Source: Octopus sinensis
Lineage: Eukaryota
Reading direction: 5' to 3'
Assembly (NCBI RefSeq): GCF_006345805.1
Contig: NC_042999.1
Location: 4,836,001 to 4,900,000 of the forward strand
DNA: 64,000 nucleotides
Below, piece after piece: positions 38,746-51,290 of this stretch (its first letter is position 1; each line of letters begins with the position of its first letter). The notes under the pieces are model-generated. The model was not told the DNA's origin. It was given only the letters and a program-made list of their open reading frames with translations, and ran no database searches. The translations under genes and the position numbers were made by a program.

Positions 38746-39249
38746 TCTTTATATATAAAAGAGAGGTTGTGTGCTGTCTGTCTCCTACGATTTAGATTCC
38801 TAACTACTCCCACATTTTGCGGTGCAGTTCAACCAAAACCGGGTATCTTATAGTCGTGATTCATATCGAGCCCTTCTGGGTATTAGCGCGCTTCTACAAT
38901 GAGTCAACGATTTAAAAAAAAATTTACCATCATTTTTTTCCATTTTAATGCATTTTTTCGCTATTATATAAGGGAAGTAACTCTCTAAAAATGTCTACGA
39001 TGAGTCAATGATTTAAAAAAAAATTTACCATAATTTTTTTTCCATTTTAATGCATTTTTTCGCTATTATATAAGGGAAGTAACTCTCTAAAAATGTCTAC
39101 GATGAGTCAACGATTTAAAAAAAATTTACCATCATTTTTTTTTCCATTTTTAATGCATTTTTTTGCTTATTTTTTGGCTATAAATCTCTAAAAATGCTTA
39201 TATAGTTATTTCCCTTACAAATCCGAACAACGCCGGGCGATACTGCTAG
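38746..39249 (+). mobile_element. Helitron with an internal ~101-bp tandem duplication
   Basis: TC...CTAG|T; block GATGAGTCAA..CTCTCTAAAAATGTCTAC repeated. Confidence 0.85.
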
Positions 39250-39746
39250 TCTGTTTTATAAAACTGGAAAGAAAATTCCGACTGTCTCTCTCTACATGGA
39301 GATCTTCATACAATATTAAAGAGAAATACACGTTTATTTATTCGTTTTATTTATTTTAGTTTTAATCAACTCTGGTGAATAGATGGAATCTTGTCGTGGA
39401 TGCAATAAGGAGAATACACAAAACCCGGTCATATCTGGTTTCTTTTCAGCTTTTCTTCTATTTAATGAAATCGATGAGAGAAGAAATAATAAACTTTTGC
39501 TTCGGCGAATAAAAGCAAAGACACGTCTCATCGTTTGCGTTGTTGTTCTCATTGATCTTAATGGAAGCAGCTTTAACACCAGAATTTACGTCACTGCAGA
39601 ACCTCTCGCCCCCTGATATTGTTTATTGTGGTTGTTTTTTGGCCCTAGTTGAATAGAGCTATAACCAAAGACATTCCAGTAATGACTATCACCTAAGTCT
39701 CTATTCATCACGACTTCTCTTCCTGTTATGTGTTATTTTCTAAAAC

Positions 39747-40158
39747 GGATCTTTTCGGTTTGAACGGCAGTTTTTAACATAATTTCTAGGTAACTAAAAA
39801 ATTTTAAACTTCGTATACTGGTAGAATGTGTTTATAAAACATCTTTTTCTCTTGGCTTTATTGAGAAAATTCTATCGTTTGTAAGATATTTTTTTTTCTT
39901 CAATTTCTGCAATTTCAACCAATCAATGACGTGTATTGAGGTAAATACCATTCTGTGCCGTATGAATATGTCCCTCGTTTAAGAAACAGATTGGGTTTAT
40001 TTACATTTGTGAAGAAAAAAAGATACCCTTCCCCCCAATCCTAACCCTAACCCTAAAACAGATTGAAATGCAATAGATCGATACTAGGGTCATAATTATG
40101 GGTGACAATTTCATATGATACCGCTAGAAAAAAACTGCCGTTCAAACCGAAAAGATCC
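39747..40158. mobile_element. MITE, 8-bp TSD, GG-starting TIRs (Merlin-like, superfamily uncertain)
   Basis: TIR GGATCTTTTCGGTTTGAACGGCAGTTTTT; TSD TCTAAAAC. Confidence 0.85.
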
Positions 40159-41304
40159 TCTAAAACGATAGGATTTGGTTAGGACGGGAAATTGGCTGCT
40201 GCTGCTGTCGTTTAACCCCAGGTCGGACCTGATCAGGTGAACCTGTAGGAAATACGACTGTACGTAAGGAGTTGGTGACAAATGTCTCCTTTTGAACGCT
40301 GCACGGCCGCCCCTAACAAAATATAAAAGCCAAATACATGATATAAAGCACAGTTGCCAAAAGGAATAAATGAAGACGATAACCGTTCTACTGTTTGTGA
40401 GAGCTTTATTTACAAATGTGTATAAAGAGAGTGTGTGTGAGTGCTAGCAAAGTGTAGTGTCTGAATGCGTGTGCATAGGTGTTGGTGTGTTTACATCCCT
40501 GTAACTTAGCGGTTCAGCAAAACATTGATAAATTAAGTACTGGGGTCGATTCATTCGGCTAAAATTCTTCAAGGTGGTGCCCCAGCATGGCCGCAGTCTA
40601 ATGCTTGAAACAAGTAAAAGATAAAAGATACATCCGAACAAAGCTAGATGCTTACACACACAAACAGAGGAAGAGAAAAACATATGAACGTCTGCTGTCA
40701 AATTAGTCAACATCGAAACAGCGATACCAAAATGTCTTATTTCTTTATTGCCCACAAGGGGCTAAACACAGAGGGGACAAACAAGGACAGACATAGGTAT
40801 TAAGTCGATTACATCGACCTCAGTGTGTGACTGGTATTTATTTAATCGACCCTGAAAGGATGAAAGGCAAAGTTGACCTAAGCGGAATTTGAACTCAGAA
40901 TGTAAAGACAGACGAAATACCTGGCATCGGCCACGTTCGGATGGTGCTTTTTATGTGCCACCGGCACAGGAGCCAGTTGAGGCAGCGCTGGCATCAGCCA
41001 TGTTCGGATGGTGCTTTTTATGTGCCACCGACACAGAAGCCAGTCGAGGCAGCGCTGGCATCGGCCGAGACAATGACAGACAAAAGTCTCCTGCTTTGAG
41101 TTGGCAAATGTCTCCGAAAAGGAACTCCACAACCCCCACCAGGAACTTGCAGTGCAACTTTGAGATATCCTCTTCCCTTTCTACTAGGTTTCTTGAGTAT
41201 TCTATCTGATAGAATACTTAAAATCCCTTTATCACATGTCCGTTCTTGGCCAATGCCTGGGCAAAAAGAGGACCCTCAAATTGCCTGCCTTCTTACTTGA
41301 TATT

Positions 41305-41636
41305 TCGTTTTGGGATTTGGTTGACAAGATTCTTTATATGAGTTCGTGTGTTGAAGCATATTCTGTTGTGTCTGGGGAGAGTCATTTTCTTTTTGTGCCT
41401 TATAATGTAACACACTCACCGGTAAAAATTTCCACTTTTTTCTTATTTTTATTTCCCTAAAATTTTCTTTGCGTCTTCCAACCTTTTCAATAGTTTTGAC
41501 TGTGATAGAAAAGGTTGCAAGATGCAACGAAAATTTTAGGGAAATAAAAATAAGAAAAAAGTGGAAATTTTACTGGTGAGTGTGTTACAATATAAGGCAC
41601 AAAAAGAAAATGACTCTCGCCAGACACAACAGAATA
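41305..41636. mobile_element. TSD-flanked fold-back element, Penelope-pLTR-like
   Basis: 12-bp TSD TTACTTGATATT (41293-41304, 41637-41648); arms 41358-41488 and 41508-41636. Confidence 0.8.
41457..41540. ncRNA. mirror pair of minimal hammerhead motifs, U3-A8 variant (each arm degenerate)
   Basis: Three-copy consensus CTA-TTGAAAA-G-GTTGC-AAGAC-GCAAC-GAAA-AT-TT-TAG. Confidence 0.55.
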
Positions 41637-42246
41637 TTACTTGATATTATTTCCTCTCTCACTTCCAGCATATCACCCACTATGCCACATGTTATAATTA
41701 GTGGTTCTATAATATAAAATTGTTTTATTAGTGAGAAATTCCTTTGTTTTTTGACTCGTAAAGGATGCTCCCCGACTTGACTCCATTCCATGGAATGAAT
41801 GTAAGCTGGTGCAGCCAAAATGGAAAACAGCTGGCAAAGATAATTAGCGATTGATGAAACAGGAATAAGAAAATATCGATTTTTGTTCCCACAAAAGAAG
41901 TCCTTTGAAGTCGATGTTCAAAAGACAGTTCAGAATTTTATGAAGCCGCTTTATGTGTTTAATCTGCAAAGTTAGATCTGGTTAATATACAAGAATCTCA
42001 GGATTTTTTTTTTTTTTCTTAAATGAAAGTAAATTCACTTCAAATCCCAGGATTTCATAAAGAGAACTGCTGAAATCCTTTAATCTTAACAGAATTCCCT
42101 CGTTATGGCGCCTACTTGTGGAGTACTTCTAGTGATGTCATATGTACTTCAGAAAGAGCAGCTGAGGTACACTATTCTAGCATACTATACACAACGTAAA
42201 TGTAATTGTTTTCATTTTATTTAAAATATAAGTATTTTTATTCTTA

Positions 42247-42648
42247 TCTTTATATATAAAAGTGAGGTTGTGCGCTGTCTGTCTCCTACGATTTAGATTC
42301 CTAACTACTCCCACATTTTGCGGTGCAGTTTAACCAAAACCAGGTATCTTATAGTCGTGATTCATATTGAGCCCTTCTGGGTATTAGCGCGCGTCTACGA
42401 TGAGTCTACGATTTAAAAAAAAATTACCATAATTTTTCCGTATTTTTAATGCATTTTCGCTCGGTTTATATAAGAGAAGTAACTCTCTAAAAATTTATTA
42501 TTAAATCCCAGAACGTAAAAGGCTACAGTAACCCCCCCCCACCTTTGTGGTTAGCCATATTGAGATGGCTATTATACTTTACATCTCTAAAAATGCTTAT
42601 ATAGTTATTTCCCTTACAAACCCGAGCAACGCCGGGCGATACTGCTAG
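42247..42648 (+). mobile_element. Helitron, first of a tandem pair
   Basis: A|TC...CTAG directly abutting the next TC. Confidence 0.85.
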
Positions 42649-43165
42649 TCTATATATATAAAACTGTAGTTGTGTGAGTGTCTGTCTCCTACGATTTAGA
42701 TTCCTAACTACTCCCACATTTTGCGGTGCTGTTTAACCAAATTCGGTTATCTTATAGTCGTGATTAATATCGAGCCCGTCTGGCTATTAGCGCGCGTCTA
42801 CGATGAGTCTACAATTTTAAAAATAATTTAACATAATTTTTTATTCCATTTTAATGCATAATTTTTCGTGTGTCGATGGCGGCGGAGTTGGCGTCCACGC
42901 TCAAACACCTGCACCTGTGTTTACTTCTCCCCCTTCTTCCCTCCCTCGTGAAGCTGTGGGGAAGGGAGTGTAAGGAAATCAACGTCGTAATGCGTTGTCA
43001 AGGAGACCAGCGTTCTTTTAGAACAACGACTTCATGGCTTGAAGACACCAAAACAGAAATGGCTAAGAAAGCCCGAATTGGCATCTATAAAGGAAGTAAC
43101 TCTCTAAAAATGCTTATATAGTTATTTCCCTTACAAACCCGAGCAACGCCGGGCGATACTGCTAG
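42649..43165 (+). mobile_element. Helitron subfamily with a ~220-bp GC-richer insert
   Basis: TC...CTAG|T; near-identical to 45502-46018. Confidence 0.85.
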
Positions 43166-43466
43166 TTCGAGATACGAGTGTGTGTGCGTGCAAACTTGTT
43201 GCATTTTTGTTTTACTTTCCCTCTTCTACAACAATAAAGATAGACAACCATTCGATCTAGGAATGTGTTTTGTGAGCATATTCCATAAAAATTTCCCTTG
43301 TTTGTTTATGTATTTATACACTGAATGACATATCAGGGAAATTATTTGAAAAACATGAATTACCTACATGACATGGTAATTGTTCTTATAATTTGTTCCA
43401 GAACTGCACGAAACACTCAGTCCTTGGTTTCTGTTGCTTCTGATAAATAGTATATGTGTGTGTGTG

Positions 43467-43545
<79 letters not shown>

Positions 43546-43606
43546 CGCTTAGAGATTTATTATTGTTATATATATATATATATTATATATACATATATAT
43601 ATATGT

Positions 43607-43967
43607 GGAGGCGCAATGGCCCAGCGGTCATAGGATCGCGGTTTCGATTCCCAGACCGGGCGTTGTGAGTGTTTATTGAGCAAAAACACCTAAAAGCTCC
43701 ACGAGGCTCCGGCAGGGGGTGGTGATCCCTGCTGCACTCTTTCACCACAACTTTCTCTCACTCTTTCTTCCTGTTTCTGTTGTACCTGTATTTCAAGGGA
43801 ACGGCCTTGTCACTCTCTGTGTCACGCAGAATATCCCCGAGAACTACGTTGAGAGTACACGTGTCTGTGGAGTGCTCAGCCACTTACACGTTAATTTCAC
43901 GAGCAGGCTGTTCCGTTGATTCGGATCAACCGGAACCCTCGTCGTCGTAACCGACGGAGTGCTTCCA
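43607..43967 (+). mobile_element. tRNA-derived SINE inserted in (TA)n
   Basis: GGAGGCGCAATGGCCCAG..GGTTTCGATTCCC head; head and body similar to the 35755 family. Confidence 0.7.
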
Positions 43968-44038
<71 letters not shown>

Positions 44039-44108
44039 TATATATGCATATATAGATGTATATATATATAATATATATATATATATAGGTGTATATATAA
44101 GTACAAAG

Positions 44109-44466
44109 TGAGATAGGTGTTATGAGTGTAACTCACTATGGGATATCAGTTATCCAATATACTGCCAGTGAAGTGCCCAAAAGGCTAATACATAAATGCT
44201 TACGATTGCAATGCAATTAATTCGTTTATTGTATTAGATGGGCGAAGGTAAAATGTTTTACCTCAAATTCATAATACAAAATAAGAAAATGGAGGAATAG
44301 ATTCCTTTCAATCATCAACTTACAGATAATACCAATTCATATATTATATGAATTGGTATTATCTGTAAGTTGATGATTGAAAGGAATCTATTCCTCCAAT
44401 ATGAATTGGTATTATCTGTAAGTTGATGATTGAAAGGAATCTATTCCTCCATTTTCTTATTTTGTA
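44109..44466. repeat. repeat ending in a fold-back plus a tandem duplication
   Basis: ~44290-44341 inverted at 44347-44398, then repeated and extended at 44400-44466. Confidence 0.75.
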
Positions 44467-44475
44467 TAGGTGTAT

Positions 44476-44513
<38 letters not shown>

Positions 44514-44595
44514 CGCGTATAAATATAAACGCGTATAAATAAATATACACACTTGTGTCTAAATGTATTCGTGTATATTCACACACACACGTGTG

Positions 44596-44628
<33 letters not shown>

Positions 44629-45501
44629 GTGTGTGTGTGTGTGAATATACACGAATACATTTAGACACAAGTGTGTATATTTATTTATACGCGTTTATGC
44701 TCATAATTGTGTATATACATTCATAATTTATATTTCACATATATATATATAGTTAGCCAATAAGCTGTCATGGCGCGTGCATTTAAATATACTTAATTGC
44801 CCTTCCAAATCGTAGGCGCGGGCATGGCTGTGTGGTTAGGGAGCTTGCTTCCTAGCTATGTGGTTTCGGGTTCAGTCCCACTGCGTGGCACTTTGGGTAG
44901 GTGCCTTTCACTATAGCCCCGAGCTCACCGGAGCTTTGTGATTGAATTCGGTAGGTGGAAGTTACTGCCGTGTGTGTATATGTGCGTGTAGGTGCTTGTG
45001 CCTCTCCGAAAGAGAGAGAGGGAAAAACTACCTCGCTTGGTAACAGGTGGGGGTTGGCGTCAGGAAGGGCATCCGGCCGTAGAAAGCTTGCCACACGCTT
45101 AGCGCTGCGTATATGTGCATACATTTTTTTTATTACACGTTTCTGTTATATATATTTTATATATATAGGATAATCCAGAGGTATGCAGTACGATCGTTTC
45201 ATGCGATTCCATTTAATTGGACATCAATTTAAAACGTAGAGCAATCTTCAGCTGCACAAAGATATAGAATTTAATTAAATTAGAAGGACACATTAGTATA
45301 ATTTTACCCACAATCACCAAGAGGTTGAGAAGATAGACAAAGAACATGTTTTACCAACATCATAGTTGCAACTATTGCTTATTTTGATTTTTATCGCCCT
45401 ATTTTGAGATTTTATGGATACTAAATTCTGGTTCTTCAACTTAAGTACCATATTCATCTGAATCTAAATTTTTACTGAACTCATCATCCATACCTAGTAT
45501 A

Positions 45502-46018
45502 TCTATATATATAAAACTGTAGTTGTGTGAGTGTCTGTCCCCTTCGATTTAGATTCCTAACTACTCCCACATTTTGCGGTGCAGTTTAACCAAATTCGGT
45601 TATCTTATAGTCGTGGTTCATATCGAGCCCGTCTGGCTATTAGCGCGCGTCTACGATGAGTCTACGATTTTAAAAATAATTTAACATCATTTTTTATTCC
45701 ATTTTAATGCATAATTTTTCGTGTGTCGATGGCGGCGGAGTTGGCGTCCACGCTCAAACACCTGCACCTGTGTTTGCTTCTCCCCCTTCTTCCCTCCCTC
45801 GTGAAGCTATGGGGAAGGGAGTGTAAGGAAATCAACGTCGTAATGCGTTGTCAAGGAGACCAGCGTTCTTTTAGAACAACGACTTCATGGCTTGAAGACA
45901 CCAAAACAGAAATGGCTAAGAAAGCCCGAATTGGCATCTATAAGGGAAGTAACTCTCTAAAAATGCTTATATAGTTATTTCCCTTACAAACTCGAGCAAC
46001 GCCGGGCGATACTGCTAG
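45502..46018 (+). mobile_element. Helitron subfamily with insert, first of a tandem pair
   Basis: A|TC...CTAG; copy of 42649-43165. Confidence 0.85.
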
Positions 46019-46416
46019 TTATATATAAAAGAGAAGTTGTGTGTCTGTCTCCTAAGATTTAGATTCCTAACTACTTCCACATTTTGCGGTGCAGTTTAAC
46101 CATAACCAAAACCGGGTATCTTATAGTCGTGATTCATATCGAGCCCTTCTGGGTATTAGCGCGCATCTACGATGAGTCTACGATTTAAAAGATAATTTAC
46201 CATCCATTTTCCCCATTTTTAATGCATTTTTGGCATATATAAGGGAAGTAACTCTCTACAATTATATTATTAAATCTCAGAACGTAAAAAGCTACAGTAA
46301 CACCCCTCCCCTTTGTGGTTAGCCATATTGATTTGGCTATTATACTTTACATCTCTAAAAATGTTTATATAGTTATTTCCCTTACAAACCCGAGCAACGC
46401 CGGGCGATACTGCTAG
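46019..46416 (+). mobile_element. Helitron, second of a tandem pair
   Basis: Same subfamily as 42247; CTAG|T end. Confidence 0.85.
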
Positions 46417-46560
46417 TATATAATATATGTATGTTTTAAACATTGATTATTACACAGATTGCTTACATGAAATTATGGTATGGCATTGTTGTCCCTTCCA
46501 CTCAATTCACATTCGTTTTTTAAAACCCTTAAATTGCATGTTTACTCTGAAATATTCGTT

Positions 46561-47264
46561 GGTACTACTTGAGAACAAGTGGTCACGGTGCGCGCACTCG
46601 CGTAGTCGTGCATCCGCGCTAGCTAGTCATGACTAGTCGATCCTTACTTTGTGTTTTCGTGAGATCTTTACGGTTTGACCGGCAGTTTTTTCTAGCGGTG
46701 TCATATGAAATTGTCACCCATAATTATGACCCTAGTATCGATCTATTGCATTTCTATGTTTTAGGGTTAGTGTTAAGGGTGGAGGGAAGGGTATCTTTTT
46801 TTCTTCACAAATGTAAATAAACCCAGTCTGTTTCTTAAACGAGGGACATATTCATACGGCACAATGTTTTTTTACCTCAATGGACGTCATTGATTGGTTG
46901 AAATTGCAGAAAAAAAAACAACAAATATCTTACAAACGATAGAATTTTCTCAATAAAGCCAAGAGAAAAAGATGTTTTATAAACACATTCTACCAGTATA
47001 CGAAGTTTAAAATTTTTTAGTTACCTAGAAATTATGTTAAAAACTGCTGGTCAAACCGAAAAGATCCTTTTCGTGTGTTATTTACTTTGTGTTTTATTTA
47101 CTTCGTTTAACAAAAATTATTTACTTTGTGTAAAAAAATTATTTATTTTGTGTTTTATTTACTTTGCTAGGTAGTCGTTGTAGGATCGACTAGTCACGAC
47201 TAGCTAGCGCGGATGCGCGACTATGCGAGTGCGCGCACCGGGATCGCTGTTCTCAAGTAGTACC
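46561..47264. mobile_element. MITE, ~84-bp GC-rich TIRs, 9-bp TSD (MULE- or Merlin-like)
   Basis: GGTACTACTTGAGAACA../..TGTTCTCAAGTAGTACC; TSD ATATTCGTT. Confidence 0.9.
46662..47067. mobile_element. nested MITE of the 39747 family
   Basis: TSD TTTTCGTG; TIR RGATCTTTWCGGTTTGACC. Confidence 0.9.
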
Positions 47265-47286
47265 ATATTCGTTTACATTCTACTTA

Positions 47287-47539
47287 TATTGGGTTAGTGC
47301 ATAATTATTGCGGCTTTTTTTTTAACAAAATTCATGCAAAAAATAACAATAACAATATTTAACCAAAACATCTTTAAATGACGGTCTGACCGTCTGCCAA
47401 GCAAATGGGAAGCAATAATTGAAGTAGATAGTGAATATGCTCCAGAACAATCATTTAAAGATGTTTTTGTTACATGTTATTGTTTTTGTTGAATAAAATT
47501 TGTTGAAAAAAAGCTGCAATAATTATGCACCAACCCAAT
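47287..47539 (+). mobile_element. mariner deletion derivative
   Basis: TIRs TTGGGTTRGTGCATAATTATTGC; interior DRLPSKWEAIIEVDSEY resembles a mariner transposase C-terminus. Confidence 0.8.
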
Positions 47540-47748
47540 CGTTTGTATGAGCCGGCTATCTGTTGGACATTCTGGGAAGAACGTGTTTTTATTTCACATT
47601 GCTGTGTGGCTAAGAAGCTCAGTTTGCAACCATGTGACATCTTGGCCAAATGTCTTCTACTACAGTCCCCAGTCCGACCAATGCCGTGTGTGTGTGTGTC
47701 TGTCTGTGTGCGTGCATGTGTTCTACGCTGTTTGACAATAGGTTTTGG

Positions 47749-48066
47749 GGTACTGCTAGCGAACAGTGGTCCCGGTGAGCGAATTCGCGTAGTCGCGCAT
47801 TCGCGCTAGCTAGTCGTGACTAGTCGATCCTACAACGACTCTCCTAGCAAGGTAAATAAAACACAAAATTATAGCATATTTTTCTACTTTCACTTCTGAC
47901 AGCTAATACCATGACAGTGCCAAATAATTTTTTTACACAAAGTAAATAATTTTTGTTAAACAAAGCAAATAACACACAAAAACACAAAGTAAGGATCGAC
48001 TAGTCATGACTAGCTGGCGCGACTGCGCGTGTGCGTGCACCGGGACCACTGTTCGCCAGTAGTACC
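47749..48066. mobile_element. MITE of the 46561 family inside an old SINE B
   Basis: 9-bp TSD AGGTTTTGG. Confidence 0.9.
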
Positions 48067-48481
48067 AGGTTTTGGCTTGTTTACGTCTCCGTAACTTGGC
48101 AGTTCGACAAAAATAAGTACTGGCGTTGATTTGTTTGACTAAAACCCTTTCAAGATGGTGCCCAAGCATAGCTGCAGTCCAATGACGACGAACGATGAAC
48201 GTGTAACCAACAGAATGTTGATCAGTCTTTTTATTAAAATTGCCATTTGTTAAATGGTGACGCTTTAATAATAATAATTTGAGCCTCGTATTTGATCGCA
48301 CCATGGTGGTTTATGATCCCTGAAATGTTCACGGAAAGAAGACTACTGGTCTTTCTGTTTTGGTTGAGAATAGCTGCAATGACCACACCAAATAAAAGTA
48401 TATCTCTCTCAACTTCCAAGTAGTATGGCTCTTTCCCCCCTGGTTCTTTCCCCCTGGTTCTTCAGTATCCTGCCACTTGAA

Positions 48482-48887
48482 GGTGGCGAGCTGGCAGAAA
48501 CGTTAGCACGCCGAGCGAAGTGCTTCGCTGTATTTTGTCTGTCTTTATGTTCTGAGTTCAAATCTGCCGAGGTCGACTTTGCCTTTCATCCTTTCGGGGT
48601 CGATTAAATAAGTACCAGTTACGCACTGGGGTCGATGTAATCGACTTAATCCATTTGTCTGTCCTTGTTTGTCCTCTCTGTGTTTAGCCTCTTGTGGGCA
48701 GTAAAGAAATAAGTATTTTGTCTGTCTTTACGTCCTGAGTTCAAATTCCGCCAAGGTCGACTTTGCCTTTCATCCTTTTGGGGTTGATAAATTAAGTACC
48801 AGTTGCATACTGGATCAATCTAATCGGGTTCCCATCCACCCCCAACCCGAAAAAAATTTCAGGTCTTGTGCCTAGAGTAGAAAAGAA
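48482..48887 (+). mobile_element. SINE A dimer
   Basis: 16-bp TSD TATCCTGCCACTTGAA; junction at ~48713. Confidence 0.9.
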
Positions 48888-49082
48888 TATCCTGCCACTT
48901 GAATTTAAGAAATGCCGTTTCTATCTCTTTTGTTATAATCGGGGGATGAAACTTGCTTGAATGATCATACGCTAGCAGATTCTGAGGAAATTCCATGGTT
49001 ATTTTGGAAATTGTGAGATGGAATTGTATTGTTTTTCTGAAGAATTTGATCATGTGGGCTGGTATAGTGCTTTCCATGCACA

Positions 49083-49151
<69 letters not shown>

Positions 49152-49521
49152 GCCTCTCCTTTCAACTAAATAACATCCCCACTGCACTAAACATGGTCTC
49201 TTCTTCCCTCTCTCTCCCTTCAATTAATAAATCATATAACATTAACAGTCCCTTTTTATCAGGTCTCCCTACTAACCACTCTTCTCGTTCTCTCTCTTCG
49301 CTTCTTTCTCTCCAACTAATCACGTGACACTATTACACATTCGCCTCAGTGTTTGAACATTGAGATTCACTGAGAATGATAGGGGAAAATGCCAAGACTC
49401 CTACAAAACGATTTAATATTCCAAAAATCATATAAATCATGCATTGTCAGAATAATCATATATTCATTGAGAATAGCCAAGAATTCCACAAATTGATTTA
49501 ATATTCCAGAAACATATAAAC

Positions 49522-49653
49522 CATGCGATTGTTGGAACCATCCGGGATCTTGACACAGCTTTTTGTTTTCAACTAAACAACCAAGGTTGTTCAACCTTTG
49601 AGTTAAAAAGAGAAATTTACTCTCGTTGCCACAGACATTCATACTTTTAGCAG
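49522..49653 (-). CDS. candidate coding exon, product unknown
   Basis: Strong acceptor TTTTTTTTAATTCCTTACAG; open frame AKSMNVCGNESKFLFLTQRLNNLGCLVENKKLCQDPGWFQQSH; donor GTTTAT weak. Confidence 0.35.
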
Positions 49654-49699
49654 CTGTAAGGAATTAAAAAAAATTAACATTGTGATCTTCCTGTGTTAA

Positions 49700-49991
49700 C
49701 CCTTTAGTGTTTAAACCGGCCATATCTGGCCCAGATATTCTAAATGTTTTATATTCAAACTGGCAATATCTAGCCCCTCACACCTAACCTACATTGAGAT
49801 TCTAAAAATAAACAATCACGTCGCAGGAGTGGCTGTGTGGTAAGTAGCTTGCTAACCAGCCACATGGTTCCGGGTTCAGTCCCACTGCGTGGCATCTTGG
49901 GCAAGTGTCTTCTGCTATAGCCCCGGCCGACCAAAGCCTTGTGAGTGGATTTGGTAGAAGGAAACTGAAAGAAGCCTGTCGTATATATGTT

Positions 49992-50022
<31 letters not shown>

Positions 50023-50332
50023 TTGTGTTTATTCCCCTAGCATTGCTTGACAACCGATGCTGGTGTGTTTACGTCCCCGTCACTTAGCGGTTCGGCAAAA
50101 AGAGACCGATAGAATAAGTACTGGGCTTACAAAAAGAACAAGTCCCGGGGTCGAGTTGCTCGACTAAAGGCGGTGCTCCAGCATGGCCGCAGTCAAATGA
50201 CTGAAACAAGTAAAAAGAGAAAAAGAGAGTACGTCATTGAAACCTCAAAGCTATGAGATAATGCATGATTAATTCAAAACAATTTGAGTGAAAAAGTATG
50301 ACATTTAACAGAGTAATCTGAACACTAAAGGG
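49700..50332. mobile_element. piggyBac-like MITE interrupted by SINE B (~49820-50230)
   Basis: TTAA TSD; TIRs CCCTTTAGTGTT/AACACTAAAGGG. Confidence 0.85.
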
Positions 50333-50778
50333 TTAAACCACAGATGAGGTTTTCCAATAAGCTAAGGCTCCAACTAGTTTTTCGTCCTCGATAACCGAAC
50401 CCATAATGAGCTGAAAGCAAAACAGTTTTTTGTCACTTTAAAAAGTAACTTGAGTGAACCAGCCACAGCTTCTTATTGCACCTTCGAATGCTTTATATTG
50501 TTTGCCCTCGTTCTTAATTGGAACTAGGTGCTAACCACTATAGAAAACATTGGCACTGAATTCTTGCCACTAAGCAATCTTGTTCCTCAGTGTCATCGTC
50601 ATCATCATCATCGTTTAACGTCTGCTTTCCATGCTGGCATGGGTTGGACGATTTTGACTGAGGGTTGGCGAACCAGATGGCTGCACCAAGCTCCAATCTT
50701 GATCTGGCAGAGTTTCTACAGCTGGATGCCTTTCCTAACGCCAACCACTCCGAGAGTGCAGTGCTGCTTTAAATAAAG

Positions 50779-50812
<34 letters not shown>

Positions 50813-50818
<6 letters not shown>

Positions 50819-50952
50819 GAAATGAGGTACTCAGAAGATCGGATGGTTTATATTTACAGATATTTATTTATATATTACGTTTTATATATATATATATCAT
50901 ATCACTTAGATCATTAGCGCTTTCTCCCATTCTAGTGGGGTTTTCAAATCAA
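50813..50952 (-). mobile_element. solo arm of the 8777 family with hammerhead-like motif (U3-A8)
   Basis: Minus strand TTGAAAA-C-CCCA-CTAGAA-TGGG-A-GAAA-GCGC-TA. Confidence 0.65.
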
Positions 50953-51290
50953 ACTATATATCATCCGAAAACATAAATCCGAAAAAAGAAGTTATAGAAC
51001 AGTGTATATGTTGGCTAAAGGCCTCTCTAGAATGTAAAGAAGAAAATGAGCTCGTTACTCAATGTCAACAAACGGGATTGTCTCCCTTTGGCTATCGATT
51101 GCCGATGTCAACAAAAGGGGTTGTGTCCCTTTGACTATCGATTGCCGGTGGTCCTTACTCATGGGAGTGTCCTGTCAATTCGCCGTCATTTAATTTGTCC
51201 CCAGTCAATTCGTGGAGATCACAGGAAAAATGGAAGAACGGATATCTGAATTTAAAAAAACGTTTATTTTAAGGTTTGTTGTATTACATA

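Noticed and set aside
41760-42170. Protein-like fragments (LAIDETGIRK; EFPRYGAYLWSTSSDVIC)
   Set aside because: Multiple stops and frameshifts; cannot be assigned without a database search
44369-44399. Hammerhead-like TTGATGA-TT-GAAA-GGAAT..ATTCC-TC
   Set aside because: No stem II or stem I, and not conserved in the 17.2-kb homologue
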